Origin: Octopus vulgaris
Taxonomy: Eukaryota
DNA length: 64,000 bases
Direction: 5' to 3'
Assembly (NCBI GenBank): GCA_951406725.2
Contig: OX597823.1
Location: 69,440,001 to 69,504,000, forward strand
The notes under the pieces were generated by a model. It was not told the origin of the DNA, ran no database searches, and saw only the letters and a list, made by a program, of their open reading frames with translations. Shown here in pieces: positions 35,629 through 48,168 of this stretch. Both the position numbers and the translations under genes were made by a program. Within the stretch, counting starts at the first letter, position 1. Every line of letters starts with the position of its first letter.

Positions 35629-37894
35629 TCAATCTTTCAACCAAACCTCTTTCTAACATAAAAATTGACATCCTCTCAAAAGGGCTCAAGTTTACACCAA
35701 CTCCACGCAGAGCCAACCTAAATGAAATCAAAGATAATATAACAGAATTTTGCAGAAAATTAAGACTAGCAGAAGCATCAACCAGTTTCAATACTGAAGA
35801 TGAATCACTAGTCAAGAACAAAAGGGAACACATCCCACACAGAGGAAGAAATAAAGATCTTGACGAATTCTGTAACCACATTGAGAACTTCCCCTACCAT
35901 ACTATACATAAACAGAAAGCTAACTCAAATTTTAACACTACACAATGGAAAGAACTGATAGAACTTCAAAATGATGAGGATATAACCATTAAGGAAGCAG
36001 ACAAGGGAAATGCAGTTGTAATAATGGATACATCATACTACAGAAATCTTGTAATTTCCTTGCTTGATGACGACCTACATTATGAAAAAATTACCAACTA
36101 CACACCACAAAAAATAATGGAAACTCTATCTTCACTAATTAAAACCCATGAAAAGGAACTAACAACCAAAGAGATTGACTTCCTAACAAACTTTAAATGC
36201 AAACCTAGCCTTTTCTATGGTCTGCCAAAAATCCATAAAAGTCAAATTATAAATGAAACCATTAAAAAATCACCAAAGACATACATACACACACCTAACC
36301 CGGGGGACCTAAAACTACGACCCATTGTAGCTGGCCCAACCTGTGAAACACACAGACTAAGTCTACTTATGGACATCCTCCTGAAACCCTTCCTTAAACA
36401 TATCGATAGCCACATCAGAGATGACTTAGATATATTAAACCACCTTCCAAAAAAAGCCAAGGAAGAAACAATCCTGGTTTCATTTGATGTAGTCAACTTG
36501 TATACCAGTATACCTCATAATTATGGACTGGAGGCAATACAGTTCTGGTTAGACTAATTTCCGGAGGAAATACCAAAAGGATCAGTAAAGAATTCATTAC
36601 TAAATCAATTGAATTCATCCTACACAATAACCACTTCATGTTTGACAATACATTTTACCGTCAAAAATCCGGAATTGCTATGGGTACAAGGGCAGCACCA
36701 GTCATTGCGAACTTAACAATGGGATACATGGAAATAATCATTTACCAGGAATCTTTATCAATCTTTGGAAATCCCCTCTCTCAATACATAAAAGAGAACT
36801 GGAAACGATTCTTAGACGATTGTTTTATTCTCTGGAATGAAAACACAGATAAACTCCTAAAATTTAAAAACCTATTGAACAGCATAAACCCAAATATACA
36901 GTTCACAATGGAATACAACCAAAAGGAGCTCCCGTTCTTGGATATACTAATTAAAAAAATTAACCTTAAAATAGAAACAGACATTTTCTACAAAGCCACA
37001 GACGCCAAACAATACCTTCTCTTTAATTCATGCCACCCAAGACACACTAAAACAAACATCCCCTTCGACCTTGCAAGAAGGATATGCACAATAGTGTCAG
37101 AACAAAATACCAGGAACTTTAGACTGCAAGAACTCAAAAACACCCTAATTGACAGACATTACCCAGCTCAACTCATAGAGGATGGGATCAGACGTGCAAC
37201 AGAAATCAACATAGAAACTTTAAGAAAAGTTCAACACAACAACACACCTTCCCCGAAAATACTACCTTACATATCTACATACAACCCCAGAAACAAAGAA
37301 GCCTTCACCATCATCACCCAGAATTTACCAATACTTCATAAAAACCCCAAATAAAAGGAAATTCTAAACATACACCAAATCATTAAAAGCTACAAACAGC
37401 CTAAATCACTTAAAAAGATTCTCACAAAGGCAAAATTGTCTTCTGAAATTACGGATGCAAAAGTAAAAAAATGTGGCAGATCGAACTGTGCAACATGTCC
37501 TAACCTACTAGAAGGATCAGGATTCCTCTTTAAAGAGGGACAGAAATTCAAGATCAAATCTAACTTTACTTGTGCCTCTGAAAACATAATTTATGTCATA
37601 AAATGCTCGGGCTGCCACCAAGACTACGTGCGTTCCACGGGACTATCACTCAGACGTAGATGCACACTGCATCGACAACAGATTGCATTCCCAGAATATA
37701 AAATGATACCTTTTAGTGAGCACATTGAGAAATGCGCAAAGCAACTACTACCACAATTTTTAATCTTTCCATTTTACCAATGTGCTTTCGGATCATCAAC
37801 ACAAATTAGACTAAACAAGGAAACATTCTTCATTGAAAAGTACAAGCCCAGACTCAACCATCCGAACATACTGATACAGAGAAATTCACATTAA
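35454..37894 (+). pseudogene. PLE-2 ORF2 RT-GIY-YIG, disrupted
   Basis: KIINLS..ILSKGLKFTPTP, ADKGN, SFDVVNLYTSIP, GIAMGTRAAP, WKRFLDDCF, CGRSNCATC, IIYVIKCSGC. Stops at 36555-36557 and 37352-37354, a frameshift near 36578, and YVGxT changed to YVRST. Confidence 0.92.
35559..35565 (+). promoter_or_regulatory. Candidate -1 frameshift slippery heptamer U_UUU_UUA (PLE-2)
   Basis: CAT TTT TTA in the ORF1 frame. The -1 frame is open and ATG-free from here to 36024 and encodes the conserved PLE N-terminus. Same heptamer as the HIV-1 gag-pol site. Confidence 0.7.
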
Positions 37895-38025
37895 GAGAAA
37901 GGAAAAAACATTTTAAGCGATTATCTCCCTTACACCGGAAGAAATCACTCACTACCTTCCCTTATTTAGAACTCTCCGGAGCATAAGCACAAGGATAACT
38001 CTATTCAACATAAACATAACGTCAC

Positions 38026-38064
38026 AAGAAATTTGAAAAGCTAAATGCGAAACCGGTCTTTCTT
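38026..38064 (+). ncRNA. Degenerate minimal hammerhead in the PLE-2 3' region
   Basis: AAGAAA-t-TTGAAAA-GC(taaat)GC-GAAA-CCGG-TC-TTTCTT. Helix I AAGAAA/TTTCTT, palindrome ACCGGT, GUC triplet. Core has two substitutions versus CUGANGA. Confidence 0.6.
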
Positions 38065-38222
38065 TAAAAATTATGTCATTATAAAGGAACAAAAAATTTT
38101 TTTTTTTAATTTTCTAATATTCTTCAGACATATTGACGCAAATATATATATTTTTTAACATTTAAGCCTTCTGTCGTTTTTTCACTCTTTACTATTTTTT
38201 ATATACATATATATATACATTC

Positions 38223-38311
<89 letters not shown>

Positions 38312-38915
38312 CACGTGTATATACATATATAGACACATATACGTAAGTAAATGTATAGGTATGTAGGCATATATATAATACATATATACATATATATATA
38401 TAACACATATACACATTGTGGATGTGTGGGTGTTTGTGTGTGTGTGCGCGCGCGCGTGTGTGTGTGTGTGTTGAGCTTTATAAAACTCATTACTCGCTTT
38501 TTAGCATTTTCTCTTCTTATAATGCCAAAAACATCTCGGACATATTTCGTTGGATTAATTTTGGCTCCACTCAGCTGACTAACTAAACAATCTTTCGCAT
38601 GATTAATTATTTATGTCAAAACTAGTATCCAGATATACAAGTTATTTAAAGAGGCAAGCCTTTATCTAGCACACAATTCCAGCTGTCTCTTCAGATTTTT
38701 ACAGATAAAAGGGTTGAATTATGTAGGCAAGACATCGTTATATTTTCTCAATGTATAAATTAATATTTATCTATGAATACAAGATAGAGTCATAGTTTCT
38801 GTATTTCCCCAAACAAAATATGAATAGTTTCTAACATTTCTAAACTTTTGTGAATATAAAGAAGAAATGCATGTATTTTTGCTTGACCTAGGAGGTCTAT
38901 ATATAAACATATATA

Positions 38916-40090
38916 TATTGAGACATCTCATAAATAATGCGGTTTTTTATACTTTTATTTTTCAAAATTAAGATAAACAAAGATATTTTAAATCTAGAAT
39001 ATACTTTCCTTCATCTTTTGCAATGCCCTTCCATCTATCTTCACTTGTTCGTAACGAGACCTCGTCTGGAGAATTAATATTTTATCCATCTGAATGATTT
39101 CGGAGACTGCGGGATAAATGATAATGAGATGGGACAATGTCCTGCGAAGATGATGAGTCGCGCATCGTTTCCCACTCAAACTGCTCCGGTCTATCGAATG
39201 ACATCCTCGCTGTATTATCCTGATAAAAGAACACCTTTCCTCTTGAAACCAAATATGGTCGTTTTCTTCTAGCGGTGACTTAAGCTGCTCAAACTGCGTG
39301 CAGTAAATCTATTTTGTTATTATGTGTATGGGCTTAAAAGTTCAAAGTGGACTAAGCATTTCATATCCCATCAAAAAGATAACAACTTACGTGGATAAGA
39401 CTTTCTTTAGCCTGGGGTGCCGGTGTTTCTCCTTTCCCTACCCACTGTATTCGACGCTTGACATTTTTATAGAGAACCCAATTCTCGTCACCAGTCACTA
39501 TTCGGTCCAAGAAAAGGTTCATTCGCAAGATGCGACAGTAAAGAACAGCACACATTCACTCTCTGCATTCGATTAAACTCGGAGAGTTTGTGAGGAACCT
39601 ATTGACCCAATTTGCTGACTTTTCCTATGGCACGTAGTTGTTGATGAATAGTTAAATGTCTAAATACAAACTTCTCTGCTAGCTCTTCAACAGTTACGAT
39701 GGGATTTTCTTTCACCAGTGTTTGCAGGACGTGTTCGTCGAACTCTACAGATCTTCCACGTCTTTTAGGCTATAGTTTGTGGTTCGGAATTTCTGGCATC
39801 GCCTTTGACACTATCTTACGCTTATTGTCTGATCTCCATATATTGCATCAATATTCCATGCACTTTTTGCTGTATTTTGGCTTTATTAAATTCATAAAGC
39901 GAAATAGGCCGAATAATCCCTTTGTCGCTTTCGTTATAGCTTTGAAAGTATAACTGTTAAAATGGAACCGCACTCTTCAAAACTTAAAGTAAGAATAAGT
40001 TCAAGGTAAAATTACTACCTGGTGTATAGTAAGTTTATCCTGCCCACCCCCGAATTATTGTGCATGCAATTGAAAAGACGGCATTATATA
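38916..40090 (-). mobile_element. Decayed mariner transposon, same family as 29090-29872
   Basis: IVTGDENWVLYKN and *VPHK. 5' region aligns by eye with 29100-29330. TIR-like CATAAATAATGCGGTTTTTT at the left end. Confidence 0.85.
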
Positions 40091-40126
40091 TTTGCTGAAT
40101 CAATACATGCATTCAAAAACACACTC

Positions 40127-40170
<44 letters not shown>

Positions 40171-40173
<3 letters not shown>

Positions 40174-40837
40174 CATATAGGAGTACAGGACGTCACCAAC
40201 TGTAAACAACATGTAATACGAAAACAAATACGTTAAATACGCAAACAAGGAATGAAAAATGGAAAACCGGACAAGTAACACAATGACAGACCCTTCATCA
40301 GTTGTCGACTGTTATCTACTCCTCATTTCGAGCATTCAACGACAATATGAGTCTTCGAAGATAGTTGCTCCCATGAATTCCAAATTAAATTTTGGATTTA
40401 TGGCGAGTCGAAGTTGGAAACAAAACCAGGAAAGTGGAGACGTACAAGGAAACCGAACGAAAACAAACATAGAGGGTCGTCAAACTAGAACGAGGAGATA
40501 TTAGTGAACGCTAGGTGGAATATTTTCTTTGAAAAGAGAGAAGATAGAAGACGTCCAGTCCTTGGAAGAGAAAGTGAGAGAGAGAGACAGAAAACAGTGA
40601 AGGAAAGAAAAACAGAATTAAAGAAGGGTTGGTGAGAAGGATGGGGGAGGAAACATCTTTCGCTGAATCCCTTTTTCTCCTCATATTGTCGCTGAATGCT
40701 CGAAGAGAGGAGGAGATAGACAGCCGACAAATGATGAAATGTCATTCTTTGTGACACTTGTCCTGTTCTCCATTTTTTTCTCTCGATGTTTGCGTATTTA
40801 ACGTGTTTGTTTCGTACCTCATGTTGTTTACAGTTGG
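40171..40837. mobile_element. Diverged inverted-repeat element (arms 40196-40351 and 40680-40837), probably PLE pLTR-derived, abutting (TA)n
   Basis: Arms share CCAACTGTAAACAACATG, GTTAAATACGCAAACA and TTCGAGCATTCA.CGACAATATGAG in opposite orientation. The left arm has a 25-nt extension then (TA)n. Confidence 0.7.
40290..40351 (-). ncRNA. Candidate rearranged (non-circularly permuted) hammerhead ribozyme
   Basis: Minus strand reads CTCA-TA-TTGTCG-TTGAAT-GCTC-GAAA-TGAG-GAGTAGATAACAGT-CGACAA-CTGATGA-A-GGGT. Pairings CTCA/TGAG, TTGTCG/CGACAA, GCTC/GGGT. Confidence 0.65.
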
Positions 40838-40889
40838 CTGCAGTCAAATGACTGAAGCAAGAGAAAGACTAGAAGAATAAAATAATCTT

Positions 40890-41040
40890 TACAGTCTGAG
40901 TTCAAATTCCGCCGATGTCGACTTTGCCTTTCATCCTTTCGGGGGTCAATAAATTAAGTACCAGTTGCGTACTAAGGTTGAGCTAATCGACTGGAGCCCT
41001 CCCAAAAAAAATGTCGGTTCTTGTGCCTAGAGTAGAAAAT
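40890..41040 (+). mobile_element. SINE family A, 5'-truncated
   Basis: CTGAGTTCAAATTCCGCCGATGTCGACTTTGCCTTTCATCCTTTCGGGGGTCAATAAATTAAGTACCAG. Confidence 0.8.
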
Positions 41041-41912
41041 AAAAAAAATAATTGTACTTACTTTCGTATATCTTCATATGAGAGGAACTGGTATCAAATA
41101 TGTTTAGACTGGACCGTCAAACCAAAGATATATGCAATTTATTAACGTTCCCATTCCTTGACAATATGACCTCCTGCTCCATAGGCTCCTCCATATGTCA
41201 CACCTATTTGGTGAACCACTCTAATTGAAGCTGTTCAAACTCCTTATCTTTACTATGAGAGCAAGAAATAAACTTATTGATCAGTTTAAAATAGTTTGTT
41301 ACCAGTGCATTCCACCGAGCTCAAACACATTAATACAGCGATGATGATGATGATACGTTTTACTTTAAGTAAATTAGAGTTAATTGAATAGCTCTCGCAA
41401 GTGTTAAATATTTAATTACAGAAATTGTATTTGCTGTATTACATAATTAAGTTTATAGATGATTCTTCGGCTGAAATAATTTATTAATTTTTCCCACTTG
41501 GTTGCTACCAAAAGTCATGTGAAATAGAAGTACTTAAATGTGCAAACGTATGATATACTTACATTTTAATGTTTCTGGAAAAAACCCCAGATAAAACTTG
41601 TAGAAATGAAATACAAAAGGTATAATTAGATGTATATAATGTTTAATTTCTCATACATTTTACGTGATCTAGCTATTATAGTCATCTTCTGAAAGGTTTA
41701 GACAATGCAAAAGTTTAGACTACAGTATTCGACCGATCATTATTATTGAATGAGAGAGCAGCGCGTGCCATCAAAGTGACGCTAGGGTACAAATATACAC
41801 ATGGCTATGATGCTTCCCCACTTCTGTTCGTAATCAGAGATGTACACATCGTTAGCCAGTAAGGGCTTTGTTTGCATCAGGGCATTATCATTATTATTAT
41901 TATTATTATTAT

Positions 41913-41952
<40 letters not shown>

Positions 41953-41974
41953 TGTTGTTGTAGTAGTAGTAGTT

Positions 41975-42390
41975 ATTCCTTTTATCTCAGATTTTTTGTA
42001 AAACCTGGGGGGTCTTGCATGCGTAGCGGGTTTGCTGTCTGCAGCCTATGTTACATGCCAACTGTTGTTTTCAACTATCAAATACGTTCCTGATTATTCT
42101 GTTCGTGCCTTTTGTAACATTTCTACTGGGTACTCTATTCCAATTTCCTTCATATTTCTCTTGATGCTTTCGGATACAGTACCCAAGGAACCAATAATAA
42201 TTGGCACTATCTTCACGTTCATTTTTCATAGTCGGGCAATTTCGTACTTAAGAGGATTGTATATATCAATTTTTTCGCCTTCCTTCTTGACTATTCGTGG
42301 GTCAAAGGGACACGCAATATCATCTATATAGCACATGTGTTCATGTTAAAGTATTCCCATTTTAAAGTTTGAAGCGTTTTGTATACCAGC
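41975..42390 (-). mobile_element. 3' fragment of an RLE-type non-LTR retrotransposon (R4/Dong-like)
   Basis: Minus strand CYIDDIACPFDPRIVKKEGEKIDIYNPLKYEIARL*KMNVKIVPIIIGSLGTV resembles the restriction-like endonuclease C-terminus. The 3' end runs into (TAC)n/(TAA)n at 41885-41975. Confidence 0.75.
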
Positions 42391-42829
42391 AGGTTTCGGG
42401 TTGTAAATTGGTGGAGACCACAATTGACAGACAGTCATATGAATTCATATAATTAGATTAGTAAAAGCAAATTAAGATATTAACTAGTAATAACGAGTTA
42501 AATACATGAGTAAGAACTTCTCAAGAATAGCAGGACCTTACACATAATGAGTGTCATCAAGGACGTGAAGAAATTGCAAAGAAGATTTTGATAATCTTAA
42601 ACCATGTCACGGTTTATTTTCCTATTTTTTCTATCCAGGCAAATACTAGTTTTGTCATGAGCTTCAAATGCTCAGCTCCATGCCACAAAATTATACAGAA
42701 AGTTTTGGCGCCATCTCGGCTAAACAAAACTTTTGTTAATTATGCAATAAGAACACTATGCAATAAGACTGATCACTTAAAATTAAAAACTTCAAGCAAC
42801 ACGATATGCATACATGCATGAATGAATGC

Positions 42830-42862
<33 letters not shown>

Positions 42863-43075
42863 TGTATGTATGTATGTATGTATGTATGTATGTATGTATG
42901 TGCGTGAGTATGTATGTATGTGCTTGTGTATGTATGTATGTACTGTGTCAAGTGATATAATATACAGCACACGTAACAAAGGGTAAAGTGAGTACTTTTA
43001 TGTTATATACAACAAATTAATAGAAACCAATACATATACTCACACACAAATATATACACTTATATACATACGCAT

Positions 43076-43150
<75 letters not shown>

Positions 43151-43436
43151 AATACATAAGTACACACAACGATATGTATATATGTATATGTGTATATATT
43201 TATGTCCGTGTTTTATATGTAGGTGTAATTAAATATACGCTGTATAAATATGTGGTATGGTCCTATGTACGTATATGGTCTGCTTATCAGATTATAATTT
43301 ACCTTTGTTCCTATCTCCTTTGATATAGCATTGTGATTGATATATTTGGTGTTGTATATCTCAGATAGCAAAAATCTTTTGTCTGATTTCTTCATTGTCT
43401 GAGAAAATGGTGTTATCAGCATTTTGAGGCCTTTAG

Positions 43437-43665
<229 letters not shown>

Positions 43666-43925
43666 AATTTATATATCTTCATATAGATTAATATTACAAC
43701 TCTACCATAACCTTACTTTAGAAGTAAGTTTGTAGTAACTGTTCTGTCAAAAATAACTTATATATTATTTAAAGCAACAAAAGCAGTAGAATGTCGATTT
43801 CTCTTTCTAATTCAAATTTCATTACATATCTTTTACCAACGGTCGTACATCTCAATATAAACTCAATATATATATATATATATATACACAAATAGACACA
43901 CACACATACACACACATACGCACGT

Positions 43926-43956
<31 letters not shown>

Positions 43957-44154
43957 CATATAATTCCTGCTGGTTAGAATAAAGTCTCTATACAGGTTAG
44001 AGACAATCAAAGAATTACGTTGGTGTAATGGCAAAACGCCTTTCATGCTTACTATGTTTTTATGTCTCAGAGAAACATTCTACTTCGTCTGTCTAAAGGA
44101 TTTTTAACCTCACATTGAGCGCTATCGTTTATAATTTTGTATTCTTCAAGACAG

Positions 44155-44420
44155 TGAAGGCGCATGGCTCTGTGATTCGACCTACGAACTTACGACCGTG
44201 TGGTTGTGAGTTCGAATTCCGGACTAGGTTGTGTATTGTGTTCTTAAGCAAGACACTTTATTTCCCGTTGCTCCAGTTTACTCAGCTGTGGAAATGAGTT
44301 GCGACGTAACTGTTGTCAAGCCGCCTTTGCCTTTCTCTTGGATAACATCAGTGGCGTGGAGAGGGGAGGCTGGTATGCATGGGCGACTGCTGGTCTTCCA
44401 TAAACAACCTTACCCGGACT
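44155..44420 (+). mobile_element. tRNA-derived SINE with CORE-like central domain
   Basis: B-box GAGTTCGAATTCC followed by TGTGTTCTTAAGCAAGACACTTTA...CTCAGCTGTGGAAATG. Confidence 0.65.
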
Positions 44421-46784
44421 TCAAGATCTACCATTCCCAATATATACATATGTGTGTGTGTGTGTATGTGTGTGTGTGTGTGTGTGTGTGCGTGTGTGTG
44501 TGCTTATTTCTTTCTTACTCTACTTTGATAAAGACATATGGATTTACCGATCTGAAGATCTACTGAGGATAGTAGAATAAACTAACAGGAGTCTTTCTAC
44601 AGTCACTAAGGTTAACTGGCATTATTTAAACGCTAAAAGTGAATACGGTACCCGCTAGGATTGTATATTCCTACTAACCAATTTAGAAATGCGTGTCCTG
44701 TATTTGTGTATGTACGCATGTATAACGATATATTACACTAAACGGACGCGCATACATGTGTGTGTGTACGTGTGTGTGTATGTATGCATTTCTCTATTTA
44801 TTAGTCACCAAGGTGGCAATGCCCATCATATTCACATAGCTTCCTAAACTATAGAATGTGCGTTTGCGTGCTTGATAGTAAACATCCAGCGACATTCATA
44901 ACTAAATATTTATGTACTTGCACGCACCCACTTGCACAGTAGTAAACCTAGATGCACTTGCATGATTGTAACGACCATTAAATTCTATGTTGAATGTGAT
45001 AAAATGAAAATGAAATAAAAAGGCAAAATAAAAGTAAAAACATAGTGAATAATAACAATATACGGAGAACGTTTGAAACGAATGGCTGAAGAGAATGAAG
45101 TGTGGTTATGAATGAAAAATATACGATTTAATATGATATATTTGATGTGCGAAGTATAGAATATAGGTAGATTGATAACAGCCATGTATAAAGTATTCAT
45201 AACACCACCATCACTCTTCCTAGAATCTGAATGCTCATAGTCCAAGCGCGAACCCTAAGGTTAAAGAATAAAGGCTGGAAGTTTCGGACATTGAGCTACA
45301 AATCACCAGCATTTCTAACGTAAAATTTCAGGACCTGAAAGCTAAGACTGGTGTGTTCAGTGATTTCTCCCTGTCGAATTAAAGGCAAGGTTATGAATCT
45401 CAACGAGTACAATCCGTGGATTTCACTGAGAGTAGGGGATAGGTACAATAGGATATATGAATTACATGTTCCATTATCATGTACTGATTCACCAGTTCAT
45501 GTAAAGTACCCATATCGTGTTTTTTTCAGTTTCGTTCACTGGCATTTCTTAAACATATATAGTTTGGATATATCTCTACGTTCCCCAGATGTAAGAGGCT
45601 CTCTCATGTTTGGGCATTCCTATGGTAAACGGGAAGCGTGAAGTTGAGATTTACAGTTGAGATAAGAAGAATTAAATTAAATGAGACGCAGAACAGAACA
45701 GAGAAAAATGGGTCGTGATATACACTGAATATATTTGAATGTAGCTGTCAAGTATCTCGACTGCAGACGCGAGGTTTCAGGTAATTACATGATTTGTAGT
45801 TGAAATGCATCCGGAACGCACTTACTTGAAATCTTAATTTCCTTGTGTACAGAAAAGAATATAAATACTTTCTCAACTATTTGTTATGGTAACTAGAATG
45901 GTCAATATGTGAAGCTTTTAAGTTATTTGCACATAAATTTGCACATAAATTTAAGTTGTTCTATTGGAAAATTTACCATTGCGGATATGCTCTACATGCC
46001 ATGATTGTAGGGTCAATAACACCAACATTAAACTGTTGTATGGAACCCTCTGGTTTCTAATTTTCAACGTGTCTCGATCGTTGAATGAATTTTCAGTAAA
46101 CTGGTATTTGACGCCACATAATTCATCAAAGAAAAAAAGAATGGTTATCACAAGAGAGATTTAGCTAAAAGGTTAACTGATCAGAGTGGAGCTGGAACTA
46201 AACAGTAGCAACAATAACCAGACGCGTAATCATATATACCAAACAAAACTCACAGCGAGATATTAAACTATACAATGTAAAACACAGCATATAAGAAATG
46301 AAATACCCGTTGGAAACCTATTAGTTTTTAAATCAAAATTATTCCCCAAAATATCGTAGAAAATGCATATCATCATAAATGCAGAATTTCGCTTTCATAC
46401 GAACTGGCAATATTCCTTGTCAAATTCTGATTTCTAATATAAATCGTCACCATTTATGACCGCCTAAGTTACATAAATTTTAATATTAAACAATATTTCC
46501 CTCGTTGCATCTTAATATAATTGGCTGTAAAGTCACCATAATACTCTAATTAACGTATGAAATGTAAATATTGATCATTTCCCTTAGTTATGTATCTGAT
46601 ATAACAGCATTGACCATGTTGATATCGCGCCATGTATCTCACAAACCTAGTTGGGGAAATTATATTCAATGATTATAAATGTGGTAGGATTTAAAAATCC
46701 CTATAAATTTAAAATTTCAACTTACGCACATACAGATAAAAAAATTATATCTGGGTGTGTAGTACATATAAAGGCATGTCAGTG

Positions 46785-47000
<216 letters not shown>

Positions 47001-47434
47001 TTGTTTTGACTGGGAGGAATTCAAGTGCCAACTAACAAGTGGTTGCATCGATCTGATTCTTTGAATTTGACTCTACTTGTAGCATTGAGTCTTACCATCA
47101 GTAAACGTTCATGTCTTGTTTTTTTAATTATTATGAAATGACACCATTAAAAACATACAGACACGCAGTGTGCGTGTGGGGTGTGCGCGTTGTGTGTTTG
47201 CATGTATGCATTTGTGTGTGTAAATGCTCTGTTTAGTTTACTCATTAAAGCCTTATGTTACAAGAGTCTGATATATGCTGATTTATATGAAGTAAACAGG
47301 ATTACTTTTCAACTCGGACTATAATGTTTTTCGATAGTATCTTCGATCGGCGTTACACTCACCACGAAAATATTCACAATAATTGTTTATATATAAACAG
47401 ATCATAGAATTTTAGATTAGTACATTGAAGACAG

Positions 47435-47738
47435 TGGAGGCTCATGGCCTAGTAGTTAGAGCAGCGGTCTAGTAGTTAGAGCAGGGTTCGAATCTCAGAC
47501 CGGGCGATGTGTGTGTTTATGAACGAAACACCTAAGCTCCACGCGGCTCCGGCAGAAAGTAGTGGCAAACCTCTGTTGAGTCTTTCGCCACAACTTTCAC
47601 TATTTCCTCCTGCATTTTGCAGCTCACCTGCGACAGACCGGCGTTCCATCCAGGTGGGGAACCTATAGGCCAAGGCAACCGGGAAACCGGCCCTTATGAG
47701 CCAGGCGTGGCTCGAAAAGGAACAAACAACAGCAACAA
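47435..47738 (+). mobile_element. tRNA-derived SINE, family B
   Basis: TGGCCTAGTAGTTAG A-box (locally duplicated), GGTTCGAATC B-box, CACCTAAGCTCCACG..TCTTTCGCCACAACTTTC, GGGAAACCGGCCCTTATGAGCC. Confidence 0.8.
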
Positions 47739-47789
47739 CATTGAAGACAAATGATGTTTGGAATTATGTTGATTTAAACTTTTTTTAGC

Positions 47790-48168
47790 TCAAGACCACA
47801 AATTTTGGGGCAAGTCAATTACTTCGACCCCAGCACTTAACTGGTACTTATTTTATCGACCTCGAAAGGAAAAAATTAAAGTTGATCTCGGCGGAAATTG
47901 AACTCAGAACGTAAAGAAGCTCAAAATGCTGCTAAGCATTGTGCGCGGCGTACTAACGATTCCGCCAGTTCGGCACTCTGATAGTTGGCATTACATTGAT
48001 TATATTGATTTTTTGGCACAAAGCCTGTAACTCCGGGGGAGGAGCTAAATGTTCAACTAGTGCTTATTTTATCGACTCAGAAAGGAACTTGAACTCAGAT
48101 CGTATAGATGGACAAAACGGTGCTAAGCATTTCACCCGGAATGCTAACGATTCTGTCAGCTCGTCGCT
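47790..48168 (-). mobile_element. Two adjacent SINE family A copies
   Basis: Two occurrences of TTATTTTATCGAC..GAAAGGA...TGAACTCAGA..GTA...TGCTAAGCATT...CTAACGATTC. Confidence 0.75.

Larger units (their letters stand above)
34340..38205 (+). mobile_element. Second PLE family, 5'-truncated in ORF1, inactivated, with short inverted terminal segment, inside (TA)n
   Basis: ORF1 and RT-GIY-YIG fragments homologous to PLE-1. Inverted repeat 34376-34447 / 38134-38205. TA-rich microsatellites on both sides. Confidence 0.93.
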
